Shown: positions 1-9,417 of the stretch, piece after piece
Layout of the letters: the number at the start of each line of letters is the position of its first letter
How positions within the stretch are numbered: position 1 is the first letter of the stretch
Assembly (NCBI RefSeq): GCF_001652585.1
Contig: NZ_LWLG01000014.1
Span: 1 to 32,000 of the forward strand
Source: Thermosulfurimonas dismutans
Lineage (GTDB): Bacteria; Desulfobacterota; Thermodesulfobacteria; Thermodesulfobacteriales; Thermodesulfobacteriaceae
Direction: 5' to 3'
DNA: 32,000 nt
Translations under genes and position numbers: made by a program
Notes under the pieces: generated by a model
Databases searched by the model: none
What the model saw: only the letters and a program-made list of their open reading frames with translations
Told to the model about the DNA's origin: nothing

Positions 1-315
1 GGAGATGGTGGAGTGGTCGGGAACGGGATCGGTAGCGGAAAGGCCGAGGAAGCGGCGGTAGAAGAGGTTGCCGTAGAGCATGATTTCCATTTCGGGGTCG
101 GAGTGACCGTAGATTTGCTGGATGATGAGGATTTTGAGCATGAGGAGGGGATCGTAGGCTGGGCGTCCTACGGAGGAGGGATGGAGTTTGGAGAGAATGC
201 GTTCGAAGGGTTTCCAGTTGATGAGGCGGTCGAGTTCTAGGAGGAGGTCATCAGGGAGGTTTTGGTAAAGAATATTTTCCCCGAAAGTGAGTTGAGTATG
301 CTGTTTCTTATACAT
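1..315 (-). CDS. IS5/IS1182-type transposase, N-terminal part (gene runs off the left edge of the window)
   Basis: It is absent from the ORF track because it has no stop in the window. The reverse-strand ATG at 315..313 translates to MYKKQHTQLTFGENILYQNLPDDLLLELDRLINWKPFERILSKLHPSSVGRPAYDPLLMLKILIIQQIYGHSDPEMEIMLYGNLFYRRFLGLSATDPVPDHSTIS. This fits the GRPxYDP..MLK.L.LQ..Y..SD...E......FR.FLGL...PDHST pattern of the DUF772 transposase N-terminal domain. An AAAGGAG motif lies 6 nt upstream of the ATG. Confidence 0.8.
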   Translation of the reverse strand, partial: MYKKQHTQLTFGENILYQNLPDDLLLELDRLINWKPFERILSKLHPSSVGRPAYDPLLMLKILIIQQIYGHSDPEMEIMLYGNLFYRRFLGLSATDPVPDHSTIS

Positions 316-364
316 GCTCAACTCCTTTAGTTTTTAAGTGAGTTTATTATGAGAAATAAAATTG
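1..364 (-). mobile_element. Right-hand end of an insertion sequence (transposase plus about 50 nt of terminal sequence). The exact terminal inverted repeat is not determinable from one end.
   Basis: The transposase CDS starts at 315. The neighbouring NERD-like ORF terminates abruptly at 365, so the element boundary is inferred to lie between 316 and 364. Confidence 0.5.
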
Positions 365-550
365 TCAATCTGATTTTGCAAAGGTCTCAATATAATAAGC
401 AGAATCGTCTTCTCCGGAATCTCCTCTTTTAATTGCATATATTTCCCGTTCTATGAGAAATTTCTGCTTCGGAGAGAGATTGTAAGAAGACAATAATTTT
501 TTCAGTTCTTTAATATCTCTTTCTCTTGAATCACGATCTTTTATGATCAT
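365..550 (-). pseudogene. N-terminal fragment of a NERD (nuclease-related domain) protein, apparently truncated by the IS insertion
   Basis: The 61-aa ORF ends ...EREIYAIKRGDSGEDDSAYYIETFAKSD*. From memory, this matches the conserved N-terminal leader of NERD proteins (..K.G..GE.D.AYYI.....KDS..), which normally precedes the HDLR...QIDH nuclease core. The core is missing and the ORF stops at the IS junction. Confidence 0.5.
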
Positions 551-620
551 ATTTGATTATCTCTACAACCAAATTATGTATTTTTTTCTCATTTTCGAAA
601 TACGAATCTAATATCTTGCT

Positions 621-692
621 GATATGTATGACCTGTAAGCGTGTGGGTAAAAAAATATCGAACTGAATATTTGTTTTTAGGCAAAGTCATAT
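621..692 (-). repeat. Island repeat copy C (imperfect palindrome, attC-like or REP-like), immediately downstream of the 698..1195 ORF
   Basis: The minus-sense sequence reads ATATGACTTTGCCTAAAAACAAATATTCAG...ACCCACACGCTTACAGGTCATACATATC. It shares GCCTAAA..CAAAY..CAG on the left and CCRC..GYTT..GKCRT.TATAT on the right with the copies at 1438..1534 and 2427..2506. It has terminal inverted repeats TATGAC/GTCATA. Confidence 0.55.
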
Positions 693-697
693 TCTAT

Positions 698-1195
698 TTA
701 GTCTGGTCTGAATTTTTCCTTTGCTGCCATTACTAGGTGACGAAGATAATCAATATATAGTTTAGCTAGATTTGGGATCGAAGTATCATTTATTTCCTGT
801 CCTAGGTGGCACTTAGGTGCATCCGGAAAATGTAAACTTACGAAACCAATATCTTGGGGAAGTTCTACATAATATTTTTCTATAGAACCATCAGGGAGTT
901 GAACTTCCCATCCGCTACCACCAAGTTTATCGCCTATGAAGAACCCTTTTGCATTTGGTGGTGGAGGACCAAAGCGGGTTAAATCTTCAGGAATTTGGAG
1001 CTGCCTTATATAGATACGGGTTGAGGTTTCTAACAATCCTTCTTTGAGTATCTTTGAACGTAATTTATAGAAATATTTCATAAGAGAATCATTTTTCATT
1101 TCTTCTCTATATTTCTCGTACCAAGCATCAAAATCTGGTTCTATAGAACGGAGATTTTGAAGAACATTAGTAACAGCACGACCAAAAACAATCAA
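698..1195 (-). CDS. Hypothetical protein with no recognisable family. The true start is probably upstream at ATG 1323 across a frameshift.
   Basis: The 165-aa ORF in the track uses a TTG start. The same frame stays open upstream to 1294 (YYKKAEETLKTAEQGLEDLIKGPPERKLSGLRN...) with no ATG or GTG. An ATG with a plausible RBS sits at 1323 in another frame. Confidence 0.55.
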   Translation of the reverse strand: MIVFGRAVTNVLQNLRSIEPDFDAWYEKYREEMKNDSLMKYFYKLRSKILKEGLLETSTRIYIRQLQIPEDLTRFGPPPPNAKGFFIGDKLGGSGWEVQLPDGSIEKYYVELPQDIGFVSLHFPDAPKCHLGQEINDTSIPNLAKLYIDYLRHLVMAAKEKFRPD

Positions 1196-1437
1196 ATTTC
1201 TTAGACCTGATAGCTTTCTTTCTGGTGGTCCTTTAATTAAATCCTCTAAACCTTGTTCTGCTGTCTTCAGTGTTTCTTCAGCCTTTTTATAATATCAGTT
1301 GTAGTATGACGAAAAACTGACATCTCTTAATCCCTTTAAATTTTTGTGATTTCGGCTAACTTATTTGTATCCGCATCATAAATGTATTCTTCATTTGCGC
1401 ATATAATTCATTCATTTCTTTCATTTGTTTCTTTTAT

Positions 1438-1534
1438 GATATAATGACAAAGCTCGGTGGCGTCTGCGAAGCGTCAGCGAAACACGCATCCACTGCAGCG
1501 ATTTGTTATGTAGTATTTTCTTCTATATTTAGGC
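1438..1534 (-). repeat. Island repeat copy A, overlapping the 3' end of the 1506..2411 ORF and the downstream spacer
   Basis: The minus-sense sequence reads GCCTAAATATAGAAGAAAATACTACATAACAAATCGCTGCAG...TTCGCAGACGCCACCGAGCTTTGTCATTATATC. The left box (GCCTAAA, CAAAT, CAG), the TTCGCAGAC box and the right box align with copies B and C. Confidence 0.55.
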
Positions 1535-2411
1535 CAAGTTTCTTGGCAATAGCTCTTACTCTTTTCTCTAATGATTCACATAACTCGGTATAATCATTAT
1601 ATTCAATTCGATTTATCGCCGCGACATCAAAGTGAACCGCAGTTCCCTTTCTTGCAAGAAGCACAACCTCTTTATTTGCTCTATGAGCCCATCCTACCTC
1701 ATAGTATACATTCGGCCTCTCTCCTGTTAAATCAGCGACAACAAATGCAGCGGATTCAATTTGAGTTAATATCTCCGCTGTAACAGTACGATTATGTTGA
1801 ATTTGATCTACTCTTACAGGCTTAAATCCAAGTTTAGTCAATGTAGGTTCTATTGCCACATAATAAGCATCTCTAAATTCGGGCTGAAAGCTCATTATGA
1901 CAAAGACATTTCTTGCAGAAACTTCATCTGGTATAGGAGTTGGAGCAAAAGGCCCTGGAAGGAAATTCTCTTTGACAGGAACAACTTGCTCTTCAGCCTT
2001 AGGCTCACCTGTTACTTCTCTATGACTTTTAGGAAACTTATCTTTTATAAGGTCGAATAGCTGTCTAGATTGTTCTCTTGTAAAATTTTGAGTCTGAAAA
2101 GTAAAAATTCTGTTCTGAGCAGTATAGCTCATGTTTATTGTTTTACGAGGATTCTCGTTAATGACAATTGATGCATTAAAACTATGAAATTCGCACTCTT
2201 CCGGGATTTGATTTATATCATTTCTAACTTGATCAATAGTTCCTGTTACTTGGATATCATCAAAAATGATGTTAACCTGAATTTGCCCTGCATTTTTCAA
2301 TAGTTCACTTGTTCGTAATTTATCTATTGCATCAATAAAAACTTGAGGTATATCCGGTAATGATTCAACAAAATACTGTCTCAGAAAACGATTTAGATTC
2401 TGTATAGGCAT
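1506..2411 (-). CDS. Two-domain protein: unknown N-terminal domain plus a C-terminal nucleoside 2-deoxyribosyltransferase-like / TIR-like Rossmannoid domain
   Basis: This is a 301-aa ORF. Its C-terminal roughly 135 aa read NVFVIMSF..(helix)..KPVRVDQ....ILTQIESAAFVVADLTGERPNVYYEVGWAHRANKEVVLLARKGTAVHFDVAAINRIEY. This fits the pattern 'F.S.SF / ..I..ad.viaDlt...pNV.yE.G.A...gK.vill......PFD....r...Y' of NDT-like/TIR-like effector domains. AGAGGAAGGAAG lies upstream of the ATG. Confidence 0.6.
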   Translation of the reverse strand: MPIQNLNRFLRQYFVESLPDIPQVFIDAIDKLRTSELLKNAGQIQVNIIFDDIQVTGTIDQVRNDINQIPEECEFHSFNASIVINENPRKTINMSYTAQNRIFTFQTQNFTREQSRQLFDLIKDKFPKSHREVTGEPKAEEQVVPVKENFLPGPFAPTPIPDEVSARNVFVIMSFQPEFRDAYYVAIEPTLTKLGFKPVRVDQIQHNRTVTAEILTQIESAAFVVADLTGERPNVYYEVGWAHRANKEVVLLARKGTAVHFDVAAINRIEYNDYTELCESLEKRVRAIAKKLGLNIEENTT

Positions 2412-2426
2412 TCTTTCTTCCTTCCT

Positions 2427-2506
2427 CTATATAACGCCCAAACTCAGCGGCCCGCTGTATAGTAGGTCTGCGAAAAGGAAGTTTGCCTCTTTAGGCGTAG
2501 CTATAG
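2427..2506 (-). repeat. Island repeat copy B, immediately upstream of the 1506..2411 ORF
   Basis: The minus-sense sequence reads CTATAGCTACGCCTAAAGAGGCAAACTTCCTTTTCGCAGACCTACTATACAGCGGGCCGCTGAGTTTGGGCGTTATATAG. Its ends are imperfectly complementary (CTATA..ACGCC..CAAAC versus GTTTG.GGCGT.TATAG). There is an internal CAGCGG/CCGCTG palindrome. The ORF ATG follows 17 nt after the right end. Confidence 0.55.
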
Positions 2507-2729
2507 AAAGCCCCCCTCTTTGCACTAACTTTTCCTTATTAATTGGATATTAGTCTCTACCCTTTAATAGGGATATTTGAATTTCCAGTAACTTATGTGC
2601 TTAATGCAGTCAAGTTTCAAGTTCGGGTTTTTGGCGGAATTAATGTCTGATAACGTATTTTAAATGCGGAAAACTTCACAAAAATGGCTTAAAATTTTTT
2701 GGTTTGTTGGGAAGCAGGAAGGTAGGGGA

Positions 2730-2757
2730 GGTGGCCGGTGTGGAGAAACCGGCCACC
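2730..2757. terminator. GC-rich hairpin between the AT-rich island and eno; candidate eno terminator or boundary hairpin
   Basis: A perfect 10-bp stem pairs GGTGGCCGGT (2730..2739) with ACCGGCCACC (2748..2757) around an 8-nt loop, 17 nt past the eno stop. The T-run (GTGTATTTTCT) lies on the plus-sense side, not the eno-sense side, so directionality is ambiguous. Confidence 0.45.
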
Positions 2758-2774
2758 GTGTATTTTCTGGAAAA

Positions 2775-5036
<2,262 letters not shown>

Positions 5037-5037
<1 letters not shown>

Positions 5038-6059
5038 TAGGCTTCCTCGGTGGCAGTTTCTTTGGTTGGCAGACCGGCCATTTCTCGGATGCGGGCCTCG
5101 ATTTCGTGGGCTAGTTCAGGTTTCTCCTTTAGGAGCCGTCTTACGTTTTCTCGGCCCTGTCCCAGGCGTTCACCATTATAGGAAAACCAGGAGCCGCTTT
5201 TTTCGATTAGGCCCATAGCGAGTCCCAAGTCTATGAGTTCTCCTTCCTTGGAAATGCCTTCTCCGAAAAGGATGTCGAATTCGGCTTCCCTGAAAGGGGG
5301 GGCCAGCTTGTTTTTTACCACTTTGACCCTGGTACGGTTGCCGATCTGTTCGGTTCCTTCCTTCACCTGACCTATGCGGCGGATGTCGAGCCGGAGAGTG
5401 GCGTAAAACTTTAAGGCCATGCCACCGGTGGTGGTCTCCTGTTGTCCGTAACCGAAACCTCCGATCTTCATGCGAGTCTGGTTGATGAAGATGACCGCCG
5501 TATCGGTTTTGGCAATTACGGAAGTGAGTTTGCGCATGGCCTTTGACATGAGCCGCGCCTGTAGGCCTACCTGTTGTTCGTCCATTTCACCTTCGAGTTC
5601 AGCCCTGGGCACCAAGGCCGCCACCGAATCCACCACGATGACATCTACACCTCCGCTTCGGGCTAGAACCTCCGCGATCTCCAAGGCCTGTTCACCCGTA
5701 TCCGGCTGACTGATTAAAAGGTCTTCCACGTTTACGCCTAGTTTCCTGGCGTAATGGACGTCTAAGGCATGTTCGGCATCTATGAAAGCCGCTACCCCTC
5801 CCGCTTTTTGGGCTTCGGCTACGATGTGCAGGGCCAACGTAGTCTTACCCGAGGACTCCGGGCCGTAGATTTCGGTAACTCGTCCTCTGGGTATGCCTCC
5901 TATACCGGTAGCAATGTCAACACCAAGCGAACCGGTAGAGATATTTCGGATTTCGATCTTGCGTTCGGTTTCGCCAAGGCGCATGATGGCGCCTTTGCCG
6001 AACTGGCGTTCGAGCTGTTTGATGGCCGCTTCTACGGCTTTCTTTTTGTCAAGCGACAT
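5037..6059 (-). CDS. recA: Recombinase RecA
   Basis: The 340-aa ORF has Walker [19 protein letters not shown] and the L2 region. A GGGAGGAG RBS lies upstream. Its stop overlaps the hldA start (TAATG at 5035..5039). Confidence 0.97.
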
Positions 6060-6097
6060 AAAAGAACTCCTCCCTTTGAAGGTTTCGGAAGTATTTT

Positions 6098-6125
6098 AGC
6101 ATGTTTTATAATAAGAAAACATGCT
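6098..6125. promoter_or_regulatory. Perfect palindrome AGCATGTTTT-N8-AAAACATGCT in the recA/recN divergent promoter region; candidate operator overlapping a TATAAT box and the recN start codon
   Basis: The left arm (6098..6107) is the exact reverse complement of the right arm (6116..6125). TATAAT sits at 6107..6112, and the recN ATG at 6121..6123 lies inside the right arm. Confidence 0.5.
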
Positions 6126-7728
6126 TTTGGAGTTAAGGCTCAAAAATTTTATCCTCATCGAGGAGCTTTTGCTTACCTTTGAGCCCGGTTTTACCGTTTT
6201 TACCGGTGAGACCGGGGCCGGGAAATCCCTTTTGATCAAAGCCTTGAAGCTCATCCTGGGTGAGCGCGGAGGCCCGGATTACATCCGTCCCGGTCGCAAG
6301 GAAGCCGTGGTGGAGGCCCTTATCTACGGCGGGTCTTTATTGCGGGAACGCCTTGAGGCCCTGGGGTTTGAGCCCTCGGAGGAAGTCCTCCTCAGGCGGG
6401 TGATCTCCCCAGAAAGAACCAGAGTCTATGTCAACGGCTCGCCGGCTACTCTCAAGATCCTTTCTGAACTTACTCGGGGTTTCATCGTGCTCACTGGGCA
6501 GCACGAGTTCCGATTGCTCTTCTCTCCGGATTACAGGCTTTCGGTCCTGGATGACTTCGCGGGGCTCACGGAAGAGCTTGAGGCTTATCGACGGGTCTTT
6601 TCGGAATGGAGGAAGGTCTCGGCCGAGAGGGAGAACCTGGAGAGGGAACTTTCGGAGATCGAGAGACGCCGGGATTTTCTGGATTATCAAATTCGGGAGA
6701 TAGAAGAGGCCGGCCTTTCCCCGGAGGAAGATCAGGAGCTCGTCCGGGAAAGGGAGGTTTTGCGGCACCTTTCCCGACTCAAAGGGGGACTGGAAGAAGC
6801 CGCCTTTTCTCTTGATAGGGCTGCGGAGGCCTTGGCCGAAGCCCGTGGCTTCCTTTCCGAACTCGCAAAATTTGATGCCGAACTCCAGTCTCATGCCGAA
6901 AGGCTTGAGAATCTTTATTACGAAACCGTGGAATTGGCTCGAGAGATGGCCTCCCGGAGGGCCGATCTCCCCGAAGACGACTCTCGACTTGAGGAGATCG
7001 AGGCCCGTTTGAGCCGCTTGGAGCGCCTTAAGAGGAAGTACGGAGGTACAGTGGAAGAAATTTTGCAGACTTTAGAAAGACTCCGGGCCGAACGGGAAAC
7101 CCTGGAAACCGGGGAGGAGCGACTTCAAGAACTTGTGAACCGGGAAACGGCGCTCCTCAAAGAGGTCCTTGAAAGGGCGAAATCTTTGAGCGATAGACGG
7201 CGAAAGGCCGCCGGGGTTTTGTCCGAAGAGGTTACCCAAGAGCTTTCTTCCCTGGCCCTCTCCGGAGCCGAATTCCGGGCGGAGGTCAATACCTTGCCGG
7301 CCTCTGCCGAAAGTCTTACCGCCTCCGGTCTCGATAAGGTAGAGTTCCTAGTGCGCACCAATCCCGGGACTCCGGAAAGACCACTTGAGAAGGTGGCCTC
7401 TGGAGGCGAACTTTCACGGGTTTTCCTGGCCCTGAAATGTGTCCTTTCCCGAAAGGATAGTGCCACTTGTCTCATCTTCGACGAGGTGGATACCGGGATC
7501 GGGGGGCTAACCGCGGTAAGGGTAGGGGAGAAACTTCGCGAGCTTTCCGAAAACGAGCAGGTAATCTGCATCACCCATCTTCCCCAGATCGCCAAGCTGG
7601 CGGATCACCATTTTGCAGTGGAAAAAGAGGTCTCCGGTGGTGAGACCTTTACCCGGATAAGACCTCTTTCTGAGGAAGAGAGGGAACAGGAGCTTTCGCG
7701 AATGATGGGGGTTACCTCGAATGCTTAA
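6121..7728 (+). CDS. recN: DNA repair protein RecN (SMC-like ATPase)
   Basis: The 535-aa ORF has an N-terminal Walker A GETGAGKS and a long E/R/L-rich coiled coil. Its C-terminal region has the SGGELSR signature and Walker B LIFDEVDTG. Confidence 0.93.
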   Translation: MLLELRLKNFILIEELLLTFEPGFTVFTGETGAGKSLLIKALKLILGERGGPDYIRPGRKEAVVEALIYGGSLLRERLEALGFEPSEEVLLRRVISPERTRVYVNGSPATLKILSELTRGFIVLTGQHEFRLLFSPDYRLSVLDDFAGLTEELEAYRRVFSEWRKVSAERENLERELSEIERRRDFLDYQIREIEEAGLSPEEDQELVREREVLRHLSRLKGGLEEAAFSLDRAAEALAEARGFLSELAKFDAELQSHAERLENLYYETVELAREMASRRADLPEDDSRLEEIEARLSRLERLKRKYGGTVEEILQTLERLRAERETLETGEERLQELVNRETALLKEVLERAKSLSDRRRKAAGVLSEEVTQELSSLALSGAEFRAEVNTLPASAESLTASGLDKVEFLVRTNPGTPERPLEKVASGGELSRVFLALKCVLSRKDSATCLIFDEVDTGIGGLTAVRVGEKLRELSENEQVICITHLPQIAKLADHHFAVEKEVSGGETFTRIRPLSEEEREQELSRMMGVTSNA

Positions 7729-8653
7729 AGCCAGAGTCCTTCTTCTCTTTTCGGGTGGTCTTGACAGCATACTAGCCGGCAAGGTCCTTCAGGCTCAGGG
7801 CCTCGAGGTACTGGCAGTGCGTTTCATAACGCCGTTTTTTCATTGGCAGTGGCGAGGTCGGGAGGAAGAATTCGACCGGATGCTGCGTGAAAAATACGGT
7901 TTTCGGGGACTCATCCGAGATATAAGTGAAGAATACCTGGAGCTGATGAAGGATCCTCCGCACGGTTTCGGGTCCGCGGCCAATCCCTGTATCGATTGCA
8001 AGATCCTCATGTTACGGAAGGCTCGGGAGATGCTTTCGGAGGTTGAGGCGGATTTTCTGGCCACCGGGGAGGTAGTGGGCCAGAGACCCATGAGCCAGCG
8101 TCGGAACATCATGCGCCACATAGAGAAGGAGGCCGGGGTTACCGGGATCCTCCTGCGTCCTCTCTGTGCCAAGAGGCTTCCGCCCACCGAACCCGAAAAG
8201 AAAGGGCTTGTGGACAGAGATAGACTCTATGACTTTTGCGGTCGAGGTCGAAAGCCCCAGATGCGGCTAGCCGAGGAGTTCGGGATCACGGATTATCCCT
8301 CTCCGGCCGGGGGCTGTATCCTGACCGATCCCCAGATCGGTGAACGGCTGAAACGTCTTCTTGCCCTTAGAGGTGGTCTTTCCGTGAGAGAGGCCGAGCT
8401 GGCTCTTTTCGGGCGCCACTTCATCGAAGACGGTTTCTGGTTGATCCTCGGCCGCAAAGAATTCGAAAACCGTAGGCTCCAAGAATTGGCCCGTCCTGGG
8501 GATCGGCTCTTTAAGATCCGTGGAATCCCCGGGCCCACGGCTCTTTTAGTGGAAGGCCGAGGGGAGGCCGAGAGGGTGCGGGAGATCCTCAAGCGTTACA
8601 CCCCCAAGGCCCGTGGGCTTCCAAAAGTCGAACTCGAGGAGATAACGCCATGA
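7721..8653 (+). CDS. PP-loop ATP pyrophosphatase, ThiI/MnmA-like tRNA sulfurtransferase family
   Basis: The 310-aa ORF has an N-terminal SGGLDS PP-loop (LLLFSGGLDS) and a CIDCK cysteine motif. It overlaps the recN stop by 8 nt. Confidence 0.6.
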   Translation: MLKARVLLLFSGGLDSILAGKVLQAQGLEVLAVRFITPFFHWQWRGREEEFDRMLREKYGFRGLIRDISEEYLELMKDPPHGFGSAANPCIDCKILMLRKAREMLSEVEADFLATGEVVGQRPMSQRRNIMRHIEKEAGVTGILLRPLCAKRLPPTEPEKKGLVDRDRLYDFCGRGRKPQMRLAEEFGITDYPSPAGGCILTDPQIGERLKRLLALRGGLSVREAELALFGRHFIEDGFWLILGRKEFENRRLQELARPGDRLFKIRGIPGPTALLVEGRGEAERVREILKRYTPKARGLPKVELEEITP

Positions 8654-9417
8654 AGCCACCAATAGTCCTTCTTACCGATTTCGGACTCCAGGATCACTAT
8701 GTGGGAGTGATGAAAGGGGTCATTCTCTCGCGGGTCCCGGAGGCCACTTTCGTGGATCTCACCCATGAGGTTTCCCCGCAAGACGTAAGGGAAGGGGCTT
8801 ATTTACTGGCAGTTTCCTATCGGTATTTTCCCGTGGGGACGATCTTCTTGGCGGTGGTGGACCCTGGGGTGGGCACCGAAAGACGGGCACTGGTGATCCG
8901 GACAGAAGCCCACTTTTTCGTGGGGCCGGATAACGGTCTTTTTACGCTGGTCTTGAAGCGCAGTCGCACGGCCGAGATCCGGGCGGTCGAGGTCGAACGG
9001 TTTAGGCTCCCCGAGGCGTCATTTACCTTTCACGGTCGCGATCTATTTGCGCCGGTGGCGGCCGAAGTCCTTTCCGGACGCCCCTTTGAGGAGTTCGGTC
9101 CGAAGATTTCCGATCCCGTGCTCCTTGAGTTTTCGGAGCCGGAACCGGTTCCCGGAGGTTTCAGGGTTCCGGTCCTCAAGGTCGATCGTTTCGGAAACCT
9201 CATCCTGAACTTTTCGGCCGAAGCGCTTTCCGGCCGAAGGTTCCGCGTAGTAGTGGAAGGCCGGAGGGTGCCTTTCGTCAGGACCTACGCCGAGGCCCCG
9301 GAAGGCGAGCCGCTCGCCCTCATAGGAAGTGATGGTTTCCTTGAGATTGCCGTGAATCGGGGCTCAGCCGCCCGGATTTTTGGAAACGATCCCGAGATAC
9401 TCCTTCTATGGGAATAG
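8650..9417 (+). CDS. S-adenosyl-L-methionine hydroxide adenosyltransferase (SAM hydrolase, DUF62 / fluorinase-chlorinase-like family)
   Basis: The 255-aa ORF begins IVLLTDFGLQDHYVGVMKGVI, followed by VVDPGVGT, which is characteristic of this family. Confidence 0.8.
   Translation: MKPPIVLLTDFGLQDHYVGVMKGVILSRVPEATFVDLTHEVSPQDVREGAYLLAVSYRYFPVGTIFLAVVDPGVGTERRALVIRTEAHFFVGPDNGLFTLVLKRSRTAEIRAVEVERFRLPEASFTFHGRDLFAPVAAEVLSGRPFEEFGPKISDPVLLEFSEPEPVPGGFRVPVLKVDRFGNLILNFSAEALSGRRFRVVVEGRRVPFVRTYAEAPEGEPLALIGSDGFLEIAVNRGSAARIFGNDPEILLLWE

Noticed and set aside
13-240. 75-aa plus-strand ORF at the left edge
   Set aside because: It is antisense to the transposase reading frame, which has a clear DUF772-type translation. 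It is a shadow ORF.
1356-1424. 22-codon ORF (MKEMNELYAQMKNTFMMRIQIS) in the spacer upstream of the frameshifted island gene
   Set aside because: It is too short, sits in AT-rich sequence where such ORFs arise by chance, and has no RBS support. It might be a leader peptide, but there is no evidence for that.
316-2700. Calling the island a bona fide integron
   Set aside because: No integrase or attI is present in the window. The conserved GCCTAAA box is not complementary to the right-hand GTTATAT-type box, as canonical attC R''/R' pairs are. I therefore kept it only as an attC-like/CALIN hypothesis to be tested with a covariance model.
6337-6894. 185-aa minus-strand ORF, plus several 60-150-aa ORFs inside recN, eno, hldA, recJ, aroC, murJ and the permease gene (e.g. 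2958..3392, 7125..7595, 13086..13547, 14501..14950, 22618..23205)
   Set aside because: All are nested in or antisense to strongly supported genes. They show R/S/P-rich shadow-frame composition.
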